DNA of 63,892 nt, filler included, from Sluysia triapertura (taxonomy: Eukaryota): NCBI GenBank assembly GCA_046118255.1. It is 5 parts of 5 records of this genome, joined end to end, with 100 filler letters (N's around TTAATTAATTAA, not from the genome) between each part and the next. Parts side by side here need not be neighbours in the genome. Positions count along the whole stretch, not along the records: positions 1 to 10,856 come from JBJNIA010192561.1; positions 10,957 to 23,337 come from JBJNIA010114863.1; 3 more parts are not named here. One strand, written 5' to 3'. Below the pieces are notes generated by a model that was not told where the DNA came from, made no database searches, and saw only the letters and a program-made list of their open reading frames with translations. This document shows positions 1 to 14,111 of this stretch, one piece after another (the first letter of the stretch is position 1; each line of letters begins with the position of its first letter). The position numbers and the translations under genes were made by a program.

Positions 1-219
1 TGAATGGTGTGATGAGTGACGTTGTTTTATGTGATGAATTTTTATTTTATTATTAAGTTAAGGGGTTGGCCACTACATATTTATCGTGAATTAACTGTTT
101 AAGTTAATTTCTTGTTAATAGATTTTACGTACGGATCTATGAAAAGATCCAATAATTATATAGAAAAGTTTGAGTATGAATTTACGTTTGATACTTTACA
201 GTATCTCCCTTAAAAATAA

Positions 220-417
220 TTAAACTAACGTGGTCAAGATAATAAAAATCTTTTAATTGTCTAATAGTTTTGATTCGCGAATGTAACAAATGAAATTGAG
301 TTCTTACTTCTAAAATTTACTGTTTCGGCCTTGACCGAATTGAAACAAAATTAACAATTTTATTAAAAGAAAATTAAAATCTTTAAAAATAGGGTCTTTT
401 TGACCACGTTAATTTAA
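220..417. mobile_element. Small MITE-like element with ~20-bp terminal inverted repeats
   Basis: TAAACTAACGTGGTCAA (221) and TTGACCACGTTAATTTA (400-416) are inverted repeats with one mismatch; no ORF inside. Confidence 0.5.
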
Positions 418-1049
418 ATTATAATTTTAATTTAAAAATTAAAAATTTCTTTTAAAATTTTAATATTAAAATTGCAAATTAAAAATAACTTTAATAAAAT
501 TCAGCAATAATAAATGTATAAAATCAATAATCAATAATTTTTCAATGATTCAATGATACGTTTATCAATAATAATTGGTGTACTATATTTACAAGTTAAA
601 TGATGATGATGATGATGTGTTGATGTATTACTGATGATGTGTATTACGTTTGCATATTTACAATATAGTTCCTGCTGTATTTTCATCCGCTATTTTTATT
701 TGTTATTTTCTGTATTATAGTTATATGTGCTATAATATATTTGAATTTTATTCTATCAAGTAATTATATTTATATCCGTCTTAGTATTAATTAATGTTAA
801 TTCTGCAATCCTTTTCTTGGCTAATTAAGTATGGTAAGCTTTATTCTTTCTAATTCTTTTGTTATTTTTTGAGAGTATTTATGAAGTTTTAAATTTCCAA
901 GTTTTTATTGAGAAAAAATTTATTTATTTCACAAAATCATTATTTTAAATTCAGTTATTAATATTTATTTTAAAATTAAATGTTAAAGTTATTAAAAAAA
1001 TATAATTTCACATTACTTTCTTTTATTAAGTGAATTTTTTAAAATTCAG

Positions 1050-1998
1050 AGGTCCCTTCTTCGTCTCTAGCCAAACAACAACGAACACGATGGATAAATT
1101 AAATCAAGTATTTGAGAAGTCTCTTCGAGAACTGGAGTTGATTTTGGAAGGATATTGTTTACCACAACCATTCTTTACACCCAGACTTCACAAAACTGTA
1201 AATCATTTGATGGCAAGTCTCAGAGATCCGAGGCTGCCATTAGTGGAATTACAAGAATTAATTTCTCAAATATCAGGTCGAATACCGGCATTAATTGAAC
1301 GACATGTTAAGTTACAAATGTCCGTGTATGCAAGCAATGTTACTTCAGTTTTATGTCAATTTCCAGCAAACAAGATTATTCAATTATTAGAGCAAGGGGG
1401 GTTGACCTTGCTTGCAAAACAATCTGATCGTGATAATTATCAATTAACCATTAAACCAGTTTTAAATTTAGTACGCAAGTACACCAATGGCGTTCGAGGT
1501 TATATGAAAGTCGTAATTGAGAATCTATTCAATACATATTATGATGTGGAAAAAGAATTTCAAGAAGGATACTATGATAAGTGTATAACTCATTTAATTG
1601 AAAATTTTTCGAAAGACAAGAACTCGACAGTACTTACATATGTATATTCATATCAAAATGTGGAGTTTAAAAACGAACTGATTTTATTATGGATTGATCA
1701 TTTAGTAAAAAATGAAGCAGGCTTAATCAAAGATTTACATTATTCATTATTTAATTTTACTAAATTAAATAAATTTAAAAATTCAAAAGTTGCTCTAAAA
1801 GCACGTCAAGTGTTAATTTCGGCACAAAATCCACCTTACGAAGTCCGTCATAACCAGGTTGAATCTATCGATCGTTATGGCCATCATTTTCGACCGGAAA
1901 ATTTGGAGAAATTAATATATTCGGAAACAGTTGTATTCGATATCATATTTGATTTTTTCTATCATAGTAATAGCAAGGTCATCAGTGCAGCTCTCGAA
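1050..1998 (+). CDS. ACC: Acetyl-CoA carboxylase, central-domain exon (internal exon; upstream exons lie outside the window)
   Basis: Translation contains [58 protein letters not shown] and FFYHSN..AALEV, matching the animal ACC central region. Acceptor TTCAG at 1049 (alternative TAAG at 1030); donor GT at 1999. Confidence 0.95.
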
Positions 1999-2206
1999 GT
2001 CAGTTTTTTACTTATAAAAATGAAATTTTTTTTAATTTTTGTACTATTTTAGGACTGCTATCTTTAGGTGTCATTTTCGAGAACAAAATATACTTATTAC
2101 TGTTTAAAACTAAAATTAGATAAATTTGTTTGCATAAGTTTAATTTAGCTTGAATTATTTCCGAACATGCATATTTAATTTATGTTAATGGTCACATTTA
2201 ATTCAG

Positions 2207-2325
2207 GTTTACGTAAGACGGGCTTATATTGCTTACGAATTAACTTGTGTACATCAGTGTCAACTAAGCAATGGAAGGCTTGTGGTACATTTTCGATTTT
2301 TATTGCCTTCTTCTCATCCAGACAG
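2207..2325 (+). CDS. ACC: Acetyl-CoA carboxylase exon (VYVRRAYIAYELTCVH...FRFLLPSSHPDR)
   Basis: Acceptor TTCAG at 2206; phase 0 continues AALE|VYVRRAYIAYEL; donor AG|GT at 2326 (phase 2). Not in the frame given by the ORF track. Confidence 0.95.
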
Positions 2326-5300
2326 GTCATTACTAATTATTTATTTATTTGTGCTTGTGACTCTTGAATGAATTCAAAATTAGAATATGAACTTTATTAA
2401 TAAAATTATCATAACATTACTTATGTTTGTATTTACATGTTTTATTTTAGTAAAAAATAATTAATGAAAATTATGATAAATAAAACTAACTAATTCGATG
2501 ATAATTATGTATTATAGAAACGTTCAAACTATTTATAAACCGTTAGTTTCATTATTTAATTACTGCTTTTATTTGTTTGTTATATTTATTTTTGTTGTTT
2601 GCCTCTTTATAATGAACATTTCTAAACTAATTCTTTTATAAAATATCAGTAAATTGAATTGAAGTAACATATGAATATATTTTCGATATAATAATATAAA
2701 AGACTGGCACTATATCCTTTTCTATAAAGTAGATTAGGTTGATTGTAAGTGATTATACTACAGAAATCTTTTAGAATTATTTCTTTGAATTAAAAAAGAC
2801 ATGATAAGATTCTGTATAATAAAATTTTATTTCTTTATTACTTTAATTTATAATGATTACTTTGAAATATATTGTGCGGTTTTATTTATTGTGTAGCTTT
2901 ACTAAGGTTATAATATTTTATCATTAAAGTATAATTATAAAACTTTGTATCTTTATATTATAATTGTTTGGTATTCGTAAATAATGCAAGTCTAACTTTA
3001 GAATAGGATGGTAACACTACAATGATATAATAATCTATACAAAAACATGACCACTTAAAACATTAGTAAACTAGGATTGCATATTAATTAGACATTTAGG
3101 TTAGATTTACTTTTTACGGAAAAGTATGAAGCAAAGCGATATAATGTAACTTCTTACAACATTAAAATAAAAGGTAACAAATGCAACTTTTTTATGAAAA
3201 AAAATTCATGAATAATTTTACAAAAAAGTGTTTAAAAATAAGTTTAAAACATTTGTTGTTTAACATTAAATGTACCAAGGTTTGATGTCTACCTATTCAC
3301 ATCATCAGTGGTCATCAGATTTATTATAATATAATTTTTTTAATGATGTAAATTTATTTATATATAAAATTAAAAGTCATAATACAAAATGGTAAAAAAC
3401 AATACAATTTCATAGTATTTTTTTAAAGCAAAGACTAAAAACGGTCATTTATATTTGAGTTGTGAAGTTACTGTAAAAGAAATCATTATGTGATGTATCA
3501 ATTTCACATTTATTAAATAATAATTAAATAATTACTTAAGTAACTTAGTAAAATTAATATTTTTAGTTGGATATTCTTATTTTGCAAAATTTAAGTTTTT
3601 AAATATTTGAAATAACAAATGCTTATTGGAAATTATTAACCGTTTTCCTGATTTTCCTCAGTTAACCTAGCTCTTGAGTGGGTATCTAAATGAATTTGTC
3701 CGAATATACTCAAATAGCCAAGAAATCCGTCCAGAAATTGAAAGAAGAAAAGTCTAAAAAGATAAAAATCATAAAGAGAAAAACAATAAAGAATCGACGT
3801 TAAAGTAGATATTTGTTACTTTTTAGGAAATAGGTTAAAGTTTACCTATTGATAAGTTTATCATTAATAATACAATTCTCTAAGTGTGAAACACTTAATT
3901 TAACAAATAATTAGAAATTAAAACTTATCAGCTTTGCTATTAATTCTTACGGTTGTTTTGCAAAAACCGTAAAACATCACTCATACTGTGAATATTACTT
4001 TCAAATGTGTCCTCTGATCCTATTCTGAAAGTTTAGAATTTTATAATTTATATAATTTACTTATATGATTTTGTGTAAATTTGATAAAGTTTAATATTAT
4101 GATTTTATAATTTTTACTAATTAATTATTTTATGTTGATAAAATAGTTGAAATTGCTGCTATTGAATTTTTTGAATTTAACGTTGACGTCATAGTAGTAT
4201 ATGAAGATTCATTTTGTGTTTTATTGACTTTGTGTTTTTATTTATATTTCTGTTATTCGCTTTGCAAACTTGACATTAATGCTAATTTAAAATTTATATC
4301 AATAACTCATCTTAACCTTATATCTAAATTGTGCAACTTAATCTGCAATATTTTACTAAATAAAATACAATATTAATTTATACAATATATTAATTTATTC
4401 GGAACATTAATATCTAATTTTCGATATTAATCCAAACAACTATTTTGTGGAAAAAATCCCTAAAACTATCGCGTAAAATAAAACTAAATTCAGAATCATG
4501 TTTTACTTTAAGATTGCACAGTACTTTCCTGTATATGTTCGATCTTTTGACGAGTCACACTTGTCAAATGTACCAAAAGGGTTAATCAATCTTGTATTCA
4601 TTCACTTGTTTTCTGAATAAAATTATATTTTGGTTATGTTTATAAAATAAATGTATTCTTCCTGATATTACAGTGAAATTAAATACGTTCAAAATGTTAA
4701 AAAAAGTACAAATAAATCAGAACTCAAGGATTAATCTAATTTAGTCCTATTCATATTATTGCTTGAAACGTCGAGAATTGTTGATCTTCCATTGGATAAA
4801 CGGCTAAACAAAGTCTGGGAAGATGTCAGCTAATAAAATCTGTTTCATATTCATGTGGTATTTTTAAAAATCAAATTTTGTAAAAGATTGTTTGATTTGA
4901 TTTAAATTCTCTAATACATTTATAAATTGTTTTTTTCTATTTCTGCTTTATAATTGAATTATGATACCTTCCGTGCCTGTAATAAAACTTCACTAACACT
5001 ATTTTAACATTAATATATTTAAATTTTCTATTAATAATTCTGAAAATATTTTCTTTCTACATTGATGTCAACCGATTTTATTACTACCAGATATAAAGTT
5101 TCATTCTATAATACTTTTTATTTTTATCACTGACCTTGTTCTCATTTTTCTGAAACAATAAAATCAAATTCTTAAATTTATTTAAACAATCTTTAAAATG
5201 ATAAATGAAAGTGATTCAAATTTTTACATATATAGAGTAAACGGAAATTAATTTTTGCTTACATAATATTGCTTATAACTCTATAATTTATTTCATAAGT

Positions 5301-8300
5301 AGCTTTTAGTATTTTTTTATTTTATTCTGCTTTTTGCTTTGTAGACAATATCATTATTATAGGTTGGTTGAAATTACGTAATTGTTTTGGCATGTTTTGA
5401 GTTATTATTTTTTGATTTTATTTTAACTATTCGCACGTAATGTTGTAAATTTAATACCACTTAAAAATCAAGCGACTTATCTATTTAAGAAAATATAAAA
5501 TCAATTTTTATATTAGATCGAAATTAGATTATTTTTCTTTTCGTTTCAATGTCCGTCCATAATTTTATTACGTGTTGTTTTAAAGTTTAGTTATTTAATA
5601 TTTCTTGTTAAATATTTGGATATAATGTTTTATACTGCATATTTATTATAGTGTATTTTACTTATATTTATAATCTACAGAACTGTACTAAATAATTTAA
5701 TAATCATTTATTATTACTCATCTTTGGATTTCGAAATCATATAAAATCGGTTTACTTGAAAATTTTACAAGAAAAATCTGTAGTATATTTTGAAATAACG
5801 AACAGTAAGAGTTAAAAGTTATATTTAAGAATATTTTTTGTGGCTTATTGAATGTTCGCATTTTTCTCTAATGTATCAGTTCAAAACATGTTCTGTCGAT
5901 ATTTCTGGCTTACTTGTAACAATACTTGTTAGTTTTGTTTGAGCTTATAATTCACTTAAATTCATGAAATATATGTTAAATTTCCAACTACAATAAAACT
6001 TGTTTCTTTTTGTTTAAGTAAAAATGGCTTTAATTTTAGAAATAAATTTTGTAGATGATGAACAATTGAGAAAATTTGAATATGAAATTCGTTAAATTCT
6101 TATTTGTATATTGGAATCTTTTTTTAAAACTGTGTATTTTATTGCTACATTACTTATTTTATAATTACAAATTTTGATGATTACAAATGTTCTTGTTTAT
6201 ATATTATTTTACACTTCAAATCGTAATTTCTACTATAAATATAAAATTTACTGGCAACTAACAATAAATTTCATTTATTTTTCATTTATTATTTTATCAA
6301 AATAGTTAATCCATTACATGACAAATAATGTTCATTAATCCATTAATAATCAATTACATTACATTATTTCGTCATTTTTAATAGGTTTTGAGTTAAAATT
6401 TAAACGAAGAGTAAAAGAAAATTCCTCTATAAAATGGAATAAGAAAAAGAAGTGATAAACTTTTTCTCATTCCCTGTTTTCAGAAAATGTTTATGAAACT
6501 ACTATTTGACCCTTAAGACGAAATATATTTGTTTCCAAATTCATTTTCCATCATGATGTGTATCTTTTTAATATTTATAACCAGGGCTGCTACTGTAGTT
6601 CACAATTCATAGTTATTATTTTAATTATTAATTTAAGTTTTCTTTTGTTTCCAAGTTCCTCAAGAATGCAAACATTAACTTCCAAATTTTTAATTTTGTT
6701 GTGCTCAACTTACAAATGGTTTCGAAATTTCTTCACTTGTTGAAAAGAAACGAAACACAAATACACATCCTCAGCTATAAACAATATTGACTGGTATATA
6801 AAATGACATTAAACTCTGAGGTATTTTAGGTTAAAATATAATTTATAATGCACTTATTAATCAGAATTATTAATTATATCTGTCAGTGTTGTTAGTGGTG
6901 AGTATATCTTTTTTATATCCATATTTTATATTGTGAAAATTGTTGAATATATAATTAATAATTTATGTTAATTATTCCAATATTCTTAAAAAGATTGTAG
7001 TAGCTGCCCTGATTATAATAGTATAACTTATATAATACATTGCACCTTACCCAGATCAAAAATTTTAATTAATCAATATTCTAATTATTGTGGAAAAATA
7101 TGGATAAATGAGTTAGTTTATTTATCTCGCTTTTAACATTTATTTTGTGATTTACGATTACAATATTTTCATTTTTGATTTATAATATTTCATTGATTAT
7201 TTTCAAATATGATTGATTTTTATTCGTTTTATTCGTTTTCCAACACAATTTATATTGAATATAAATTATTGCTTATAACAATAGATGTTTGTGTCTATAA
7301 CATCTATAATTACTAATTTTTTAATATTTTTCTTTAATTAAATTTAGTATTTCAATGATAAATTTAGAATATTTTTACTAGATTGATACTGCAACGGTTC
7401 ATTGATAAGATTATTTTTGGAACAAATTATTGTATTGTTACATATACCCTATTCAGAACTTATGTTCTATATTTTGTTTGAAATTGTTAAATATTTAAAT
7501 ATGAAATAGTCAAATATTAAATTTTATTTAGATTATATGTAAATGATAGATTGCATAATGATGTGTTTATTTTAAGTGTCCTAGACACATAAGATCAGAA
7601 TAAACTTAACTAATTGTAAGCAAGGACTAAATTTAATTTAACTGTATATTGCCAAAATGAACAAATTTTCTCATTTGGTACTAAATGTGATGAAGCTGGA
7701 ATAAAAGAACATTAAGAAAATAAAAATATTGAAATAATTTGGAACTAATAAAAAGATTCAGTGATACTCTAAAATGAATTTAAAAGGTAAACATAACGTT
7801 GGCTGTAAAAGGAGTTCGAAATGATATTAAATGATAGGCTGTAAAATGATCATTTTCAAATCAGAAAAGCGTTATTAGATAATTAACTTATAATGTAACA
7901 AGTATAACTAATAAAATAACAACTAATTGTATAAATCGATTATAAGTAATATTTTTAGAGATACGACATTTATCGATTTAGCTGAACAAAGACATCCTCG
8001 AAACAAAACCATCACTTAAACCAGCCATATCCAACTCGAGGCTAGTGGACTGTATGAGGCCTAATCATGATTTCTGCAGTTTTTTGACCAAGACATTTTT
8101 GACAATTGCCTTGGTTGAATGTAATAATTATTAATTTTTTCAAATCAGTGCCAACGCATAATAACCCTATATACTTCAAATGTTCATAAAATAATTTCAG
8201 TTAAAATTTTATTACACATTTTCACGAATTCTATTATTATTATTATTATTATTATTAATATTATTATTATATCGAAATTAAATTTATTTATTATATGAAT

Positions 8301-8357
8301 CTTGATATCATTTAGTGAAATTATATTGGCCCGGTAGTCACTTTGGGTTGAACATAA

Positions 8358-8447
8358 CTTGTTTAGACTGACACAAAAGTATTTAATTTAGAAGGTAATA
8401 TCTCCATACAGTGTGGAGATCGTGTTTTAATATGAGTGCTATCATGG
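8358..8447 (+). mobile_element. Tc1/Tc3-like transposase relic inside the ACC intron
   Basis: Reads LV*TDTKVFNLEG...QCGDRVLI*, resembling the motifs xxWSDEKKFNLDG and GGGSVMVW, with stop codons at both Trp positions. Confidence 0.35.
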
Positions 8448-9048
8448 GAAGTTACATAAGTTAAAAATTTTGGCTTAAACAGAAATTTATAAATTTTTTT
8501 TTTGATTGTAATTCGCTAAACCTTAATATTTTTATTAATTTTTCCAACTATATATGATTAATCGCTCTTTTATTTACAATTTATTGATATAATTTTCCTT
8601 ACTTCAAATAATGAGTAAATTCTCGGTGTTCTTATAATCATTGAAAAAAATGTACATTTAATTTTATGAATATAAATATTATAAGATAATCTTCTAATAA
8701 CGAGAATAGATGTAAGAACGTAGTTTTAAAAATCAAGAATTTGAAGCTGCAATTACTATGTATTGAAGTAATATTGAACAAAGCTTAATACTTTCAGAGT
8801 TTACGTGTACTCTTATAGGCTGGAGAGTTTTTTCAATAGAGAATATGAAGTAGCAGTAATAAAATTTATTTAAGTATATAATAATTTTGATAAATAATTA
8901 TATAATAAATACATTTTTATAATTTAAGAATTTAAGTAAATGTAAATTATATAATTATTTTAACTTTACATTAAAATGTTCAGTTTAGGTGCTTTTATAT
9001 TGATTTATTTATTTAATCTGTTTAATAAATTAAAATAATTTCAATTAG

Positions 9049-9478
9049 AACAATGATGAATCGGATACCAATAAATTTTCCCACTTTTACCATACGTCAA
9101 GGTACCGAGTCAGTAGAATCATCAATAAACTTATTAGAAAGTCCAAGTGCACAAACAACATATGTTTGTACTAATGCGGTATGTTCTATCGACAAAAAAC
9201 ATGAATGTCAAGAATCATGCGTTCATACAATTGCAGATAATTCTCAAATTTCTTTTCCAGAAGTTAATAAATTAATTGCTACTAGTTTAAATTCAATAAA
9301 TCAACAATACGTATTCTTTGAGAATATGGCATATGAAAATTTTATACATGAAAATCTGCTGGATGATCGAAATTCAATTAGTTCATTACATGGTAGTTTT
9401 ACAAAGTTAGATTATCAATCGCCACCTTGTGAACGAATGGGTTTAATGGGTGCTTTTAAGAATTTAAATCAGTTTGAA
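9049..9478 (+). CDS. ACC: Acetyl-CoA carboxylase exon (regulatory loop to PPCERMGLMGAF), runs into the gap
   Basis: Acceptor TTAG at 9048. The phase-2 junction AG|A gives Arg and is in frame with ORF 9053. SPPCERMGLMGAFKNLNQFE resembles ACC TPPCQRMGGMVSFRTFEDF. Implies a 6.7-kb intron (2326-9048). Confidence 0.88.
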
Positions 9479-9658
9479 NNNNNNNNNNNNNNNNNNNNNN
9501 NNNNNNNNNNNNNNNNNNNNNNNNNNNNNNNNNNNNNNNNNNNNNNNNNNNNNNNNNNNNNNNNNNNNNNNNNNNNNNNNNNNNNNNNNNNNNNNNNNNN
9601 NNNNNNNNNNNNNNNNNNNNNNNNNNNNNNNNNNNNNNNNNNNNNNNNNNNNNNNNNN
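9479..9658. other. Assembly gap (180 N)
   Basis: Run of N interrupting the ACC exon. Confidence 0.99.
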
Positions 9659-10783
9659 ATGATCTAATAAACCAATTTTATGATGTTTTATTATTTCTAC
9701 AGGCGTCTAATTTCTGAACAATATACTTAATATTGTTTATGATTTAATATGGTTTATTTTTTAAATGTTTGAGATTGTTTTATTTTATTGAAACACCTTA
9801 TTTTTAGCAGTTTATTGTGATTTTTGTCTTATATTTTCACATAATTATGATTATCTTCATCATAGAACAACTTTGAAAAACTTAAGTATGAGAAATTATT
9901 TCATCAATAAGATATTTTGGCAATTTTTCATTTTAATAAAATAATCAAAGTAAAGTTATTATAATAAAGTTATAAAGTTATCAAAATAAAGTAATTACAA
10001 ATCAAATTAATTTTACTAACATTTTTGATACATTTCATTTATTTACAGTAATAAAATTGAAATAAATGTAGCACTGTTTTTACTGTACAATCTTTTAATA
10101 TATTTTCATTAAAATCACAAAATAACTATCATGTCATGATTTCCAAATGGAACACCTAAAAACTATTTTGTTCTTGAAATATTTTTTATACCTTTGCATT
10201 TACTCTAATACAACCCACAAATGATATATTAAAAACATACTTCACTTTATGAAAGTTTGTCTGGTGTGGATTTAAAGTATTGTTCATGAATTTCAACGTT
10301 ATTATCTTGTCATGGATACACAAATACGTGCCAGATTTGTAGCTTTTTCATATTCCTTAATATGCTGAGTTTAAAGTATTAAAAAATGAACACTTCTAAA
10401 CATTAGTATGATTTTTTCAAAAATTTTGGAATAGAGTAATTGAATAGGTAAAGTTATTTTAAAATATTACAATTTTTAAAATTTTTACATAATGAACGAT
10501 AAAAATAATATAATATGGACCAGTAAGAAAAAAACAATTCAAAAACAAACTATACAATAAGATTTGTTTTTAAATAAATAAAATTCGCAGTATATAGATG
10601 ATCAAATAAAATAACATTTTGAACGAAAATAAATTAAATTAAATTAGAAACTTTAAAAATAAAATTTGTCTTAAGACATTTTATATTTTCTTTTTCAATC
10701 AGTTTTTAGAAGATAGTTATCATATTTTGTCATGAGATTAATAATAAAATTGAATAAAGATTTTAAAAATGTTATTTTTTAAC

Positions 10784-10856
<73 letters not shown>
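10784..10856. repeat. (ATT)n microsatellite at a contig end
   Basis: Perfect ATT run ending at the linker. Confidence 0.95.
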
Positions 10857-10956
10857 NNNNNNNNNNNNNNNNNNNNNNNNNNNNNNNNNNNNNNNNNNNN
10901 TTAATTAATTAANNNNNNNNNNNNNNNNNNNNNNNNNNNNNNNNNNNNNNNNNNNN
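10857..10956. other. Artificial contig linker (44N-TTAATTAATTAA-44N)
   Basis: The same 100-nt structure occurs four times; the 12-mer carries stop codons in all six frames. Confidence 0.97.
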
Positions 10957-11740
10957 ATTGGATGAAATTGAAGAGTTAAAAAGACAAATTAAAGGAATTC
11001 TTAATAAAATTGTACCTCAAAATTTTGATTACTATCTTGATAATTTCGTTAAATTAAAGACTGGAATTCAGGAAGGAATCAGATACTTTTTTAAAAGAAG
11101 TAAAAAAAGAAGTTTATTGTGTTATTTTTGCAAAATTTGTTTTTATTTATTAAGTAATAAAGCAGATGTGCCAGAAAGTGAAATTGTTTTAATTATATGC
11201 GTGCAATAACAATAAAAAAGCCCAGTGAAGTGAATATGGATAAAGAAAATAGTAAATTTTGGAAGGAGTTAATGCTTCCTACTGAAATAAAAAAAGATGC
11301 GAAGTTGATTGAACAAAGAAAGAGGTTTACATATATTTTGCAATTAGATATATTTCATAAGAAATTAGATTATATCTTAGATCAACAGTTAAAAAGAAAT
11401 TTTTCGTTGTTATCCATTAAATCAATTACGAATGATGTAAAAATTTATAGAATAGACCAAAAGCTGCTATCGGCAAGCCAATACTCTAAGGAATCTCCAG
11501 TAATTAGTCTATCGTCAATCAGAAAAACAAGAAGCCATATATGTGGAATTACCGAGAAATCTCTAACAATTGGTAAGCTGTTTGACATGCACGAATTAAT
11601 AATTATAGGTGTAGTCTTGACCGAAAGGCGGGAAATCATATATGTGGAATGACTTTTAGTGCAGTTTCTAGAAGGTTAATGCTAATCATCCAAAAGAAGA
11701 ATTATCGCATTTGTAATAGATTTTTTATGTTTGATGTTTA
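10957..11740 (+). pseudogene. Decayed eIF4G/MIF4G-domain-like sequence
   Basis: RQIKGILNKIVPQNFD resembles the MIF4G start RKVRSILNKLTPQMF, and TIGKLFDMHEL resembles FIGELFKLKML. The two parts are in different frames, with stops and no intact ORF. Confidence 0.55.
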
Positions 11741-14111
11741 AATTTTTCTTATATTTCTGAAATATTGTCAAATTAAAGATTTTTATACATATGTAAGTGT
11801 TGTTTTAGAAGGGTTGGATAATTCGACCTTGATATTTACCTATCGAGTAAAATATTTACAGTGGAATCGAGACGTAATTTTGAGTTGTCTTATCTCGAGT
11901 TTGAAATTTAATGTCAACAATAATTTTGAAATAACTATTTCTAATATAAAATTGAAATTAATCCTGCAATAATGTTCCTGCTCTAAAGAGAGTTACAGAC
12001 TACGTAGTTTGTGGAGTTTATCGATGGCATAAAATTGTTTACTTAAGTCTTGTAACTAATTTTCTAACCAACACCCAAGTCAAAGAGGAACATTATTTGC
12101 ATAGTATCGAGAGTGAGTTTGTAGACTTACGAGTCCATGGTGTTATTTTTATTCGATTTTGAATTTGATTTTGAATTTAATTTTGAAATTAACTTGCGAT
12201 TTAGATCCTGGTATGTTTGTTTTGTTTGTTGATGTTGAGTGCACGATGCATCGTTGTTACAATAATCTTACTTGGATGATGTATCTCCACAACCCGGTCA
12301 TCGAACTACACTTCTTGAATAGTTCTCTTATTCTCATGTTTTATCGTGCAGATGTGAATTTTTATCACGAATTTAACAATTTAGGTGATTTTAAAGTTAA
12401 AAGGTTGGACAAAATTAATAGTTACTCACCTGTCGAGGCGGGTATAAAGTTTTAAATAAATTTAAAATCAATTACAGTTACATTATTGTTTGCCTTTTGT
12501 ATGATTTTCTTATCATGTTTAAACCTGATGGCATAACCTATATTGTTCAAAATTTTGGGAAGAGTGCACGTTGTGGACTGATATTCGATAAACCCATGAT
12601 TTATAACGAATGTAAGTCTTGTACCATTATGGTTGTTAATTTTTTTAGTGTGTCAACAATTTTTGTCAATTTCATTTTATTTGTATATAATAAAAATTTT
12701 TCACTTTACTTTTATTCAAAAACTTTTCTTCATAAAGAAATTATCGAGTGCCTTAAGCACCGATATTGTCATGACTGTAGACTTTACGTAAATAAAATGA
12801 GTAACAAAAGTGATGGCAATAATTTTAATTCCTTAAATAATAAAATTATATCCACAATACCATTAGCAAGTAATTTTATTTTGTTAAGGTTGATTCGCCA
12901 CTTTGGAATCTAAAACTACACTTAAAATCTATTTTTATTTTATGTAACACCTTAAGAAGGGTTACGAAATTTCAATATAAATTTCATAACAACCAACCGA
13001 GATTGAGTTGTATCACATAAAATTTTATTATTATTATAACTTATTATTTTTGAGTGTAAGTAAATTATTAGTTATAAAATTTCAGTAATAAACCTTAGTG
13101 AGTTTATTCTTTTAAATAAATTAATTCTTTTAAATAAATTGTTTTTTTGAAGAAGGTTTGAGGTATTTTTAAATTCATATTTTTGTTTTAAAGCAACACC
13201 TTTAGAAGGGTTGCCCAAATATAAACTCCATAAAAAATTAAGTGAGAAATTTATTAAGAAGTGATGTTCAATTGTTGTTATACATTAAGGTATAGGCAAA
13301 AGTTTTAGGTTAAGTATAAGTAATAAAAATCCTAATAATGCGTCCCTAATAGTGGTATAAATCGTACATATTAGGCGAACTGACTCCTTAGATATTTTGT
13401 AAGATGAAGATTTAATAGAAATATTTGCAATTACATCTCTGTAATTATATGTAAGATTATACGATTTATAGGAATATAAATGTGAAATGAAATTTAATGC
13501 ATTTTTATTGAAGTTTGTTGATAAATATAGAAAGTCTATTTTTCAATGTACAAATGACTTTCTCACGATTTATGTACCATCAACATAAAAATTAAAACAT
13601 TGTTAATATATCGCCACGCGTATATTATTAATTATTTTCTTAAATTATGGCAAATATTAACTAATTCCTAAAAATATGATTTTAACAATCTACAGTATTT
13701 CGTCGTTAGCTTCATTATATTTTTTATGTATTTTTCATGTAAAATACTGAATTTCTGAAGATGAAATGTGGTCCAAAACTTTAAAGACTAGAAATTTTAT
13801 TTATAAATTTTTATTTATAGACTATTAAATATATAAATTTAATATTTTGAGTAAATGGGTAATATTAAAAAAGATAATCTTTTGAATTTTATAAAATAAA
13901 TTTTAATTTATAAAAATAACATTATAGGTCGAATTTATAGACATATAATGCTTTTCCGGTATTTAAAATAAAAATAAACTGGTACGTTTTATGAAAAAAA
14001 TGTATAATGATTAATTAATTATTAATTTAATTATTAATTTAAAAATCTGTTACTATATTTAGGATTGTTGGCAATATAAATAAGGACTTATTTCGCATTA
14101 TATTTAGTGTT

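Noticed and set aside
2182-2367. 61-aa ORF (and likewise 23093-23284 and 49547-49735)
   Set aside because: Off-frame or antisense shadows of real ACC, granulin and KLC exons.
9474-9662. Poly-X ORF
   Set aside because: It only spans the N gap.
10901-10912. Recurring TTAATTAATTAA palindrome as a biological repeat or CRISPR-like unit
   Set aside because: Always centred between exactly 44 N on each side, so it is an artificial linker. No repeat-spacer array exists in the window.
12159-12913. 98-aa and 138-aa + ORFs
   Set aside because: Non-ATG starts, no recognisable motif or splice context; more likely shadows of decayed sequence.
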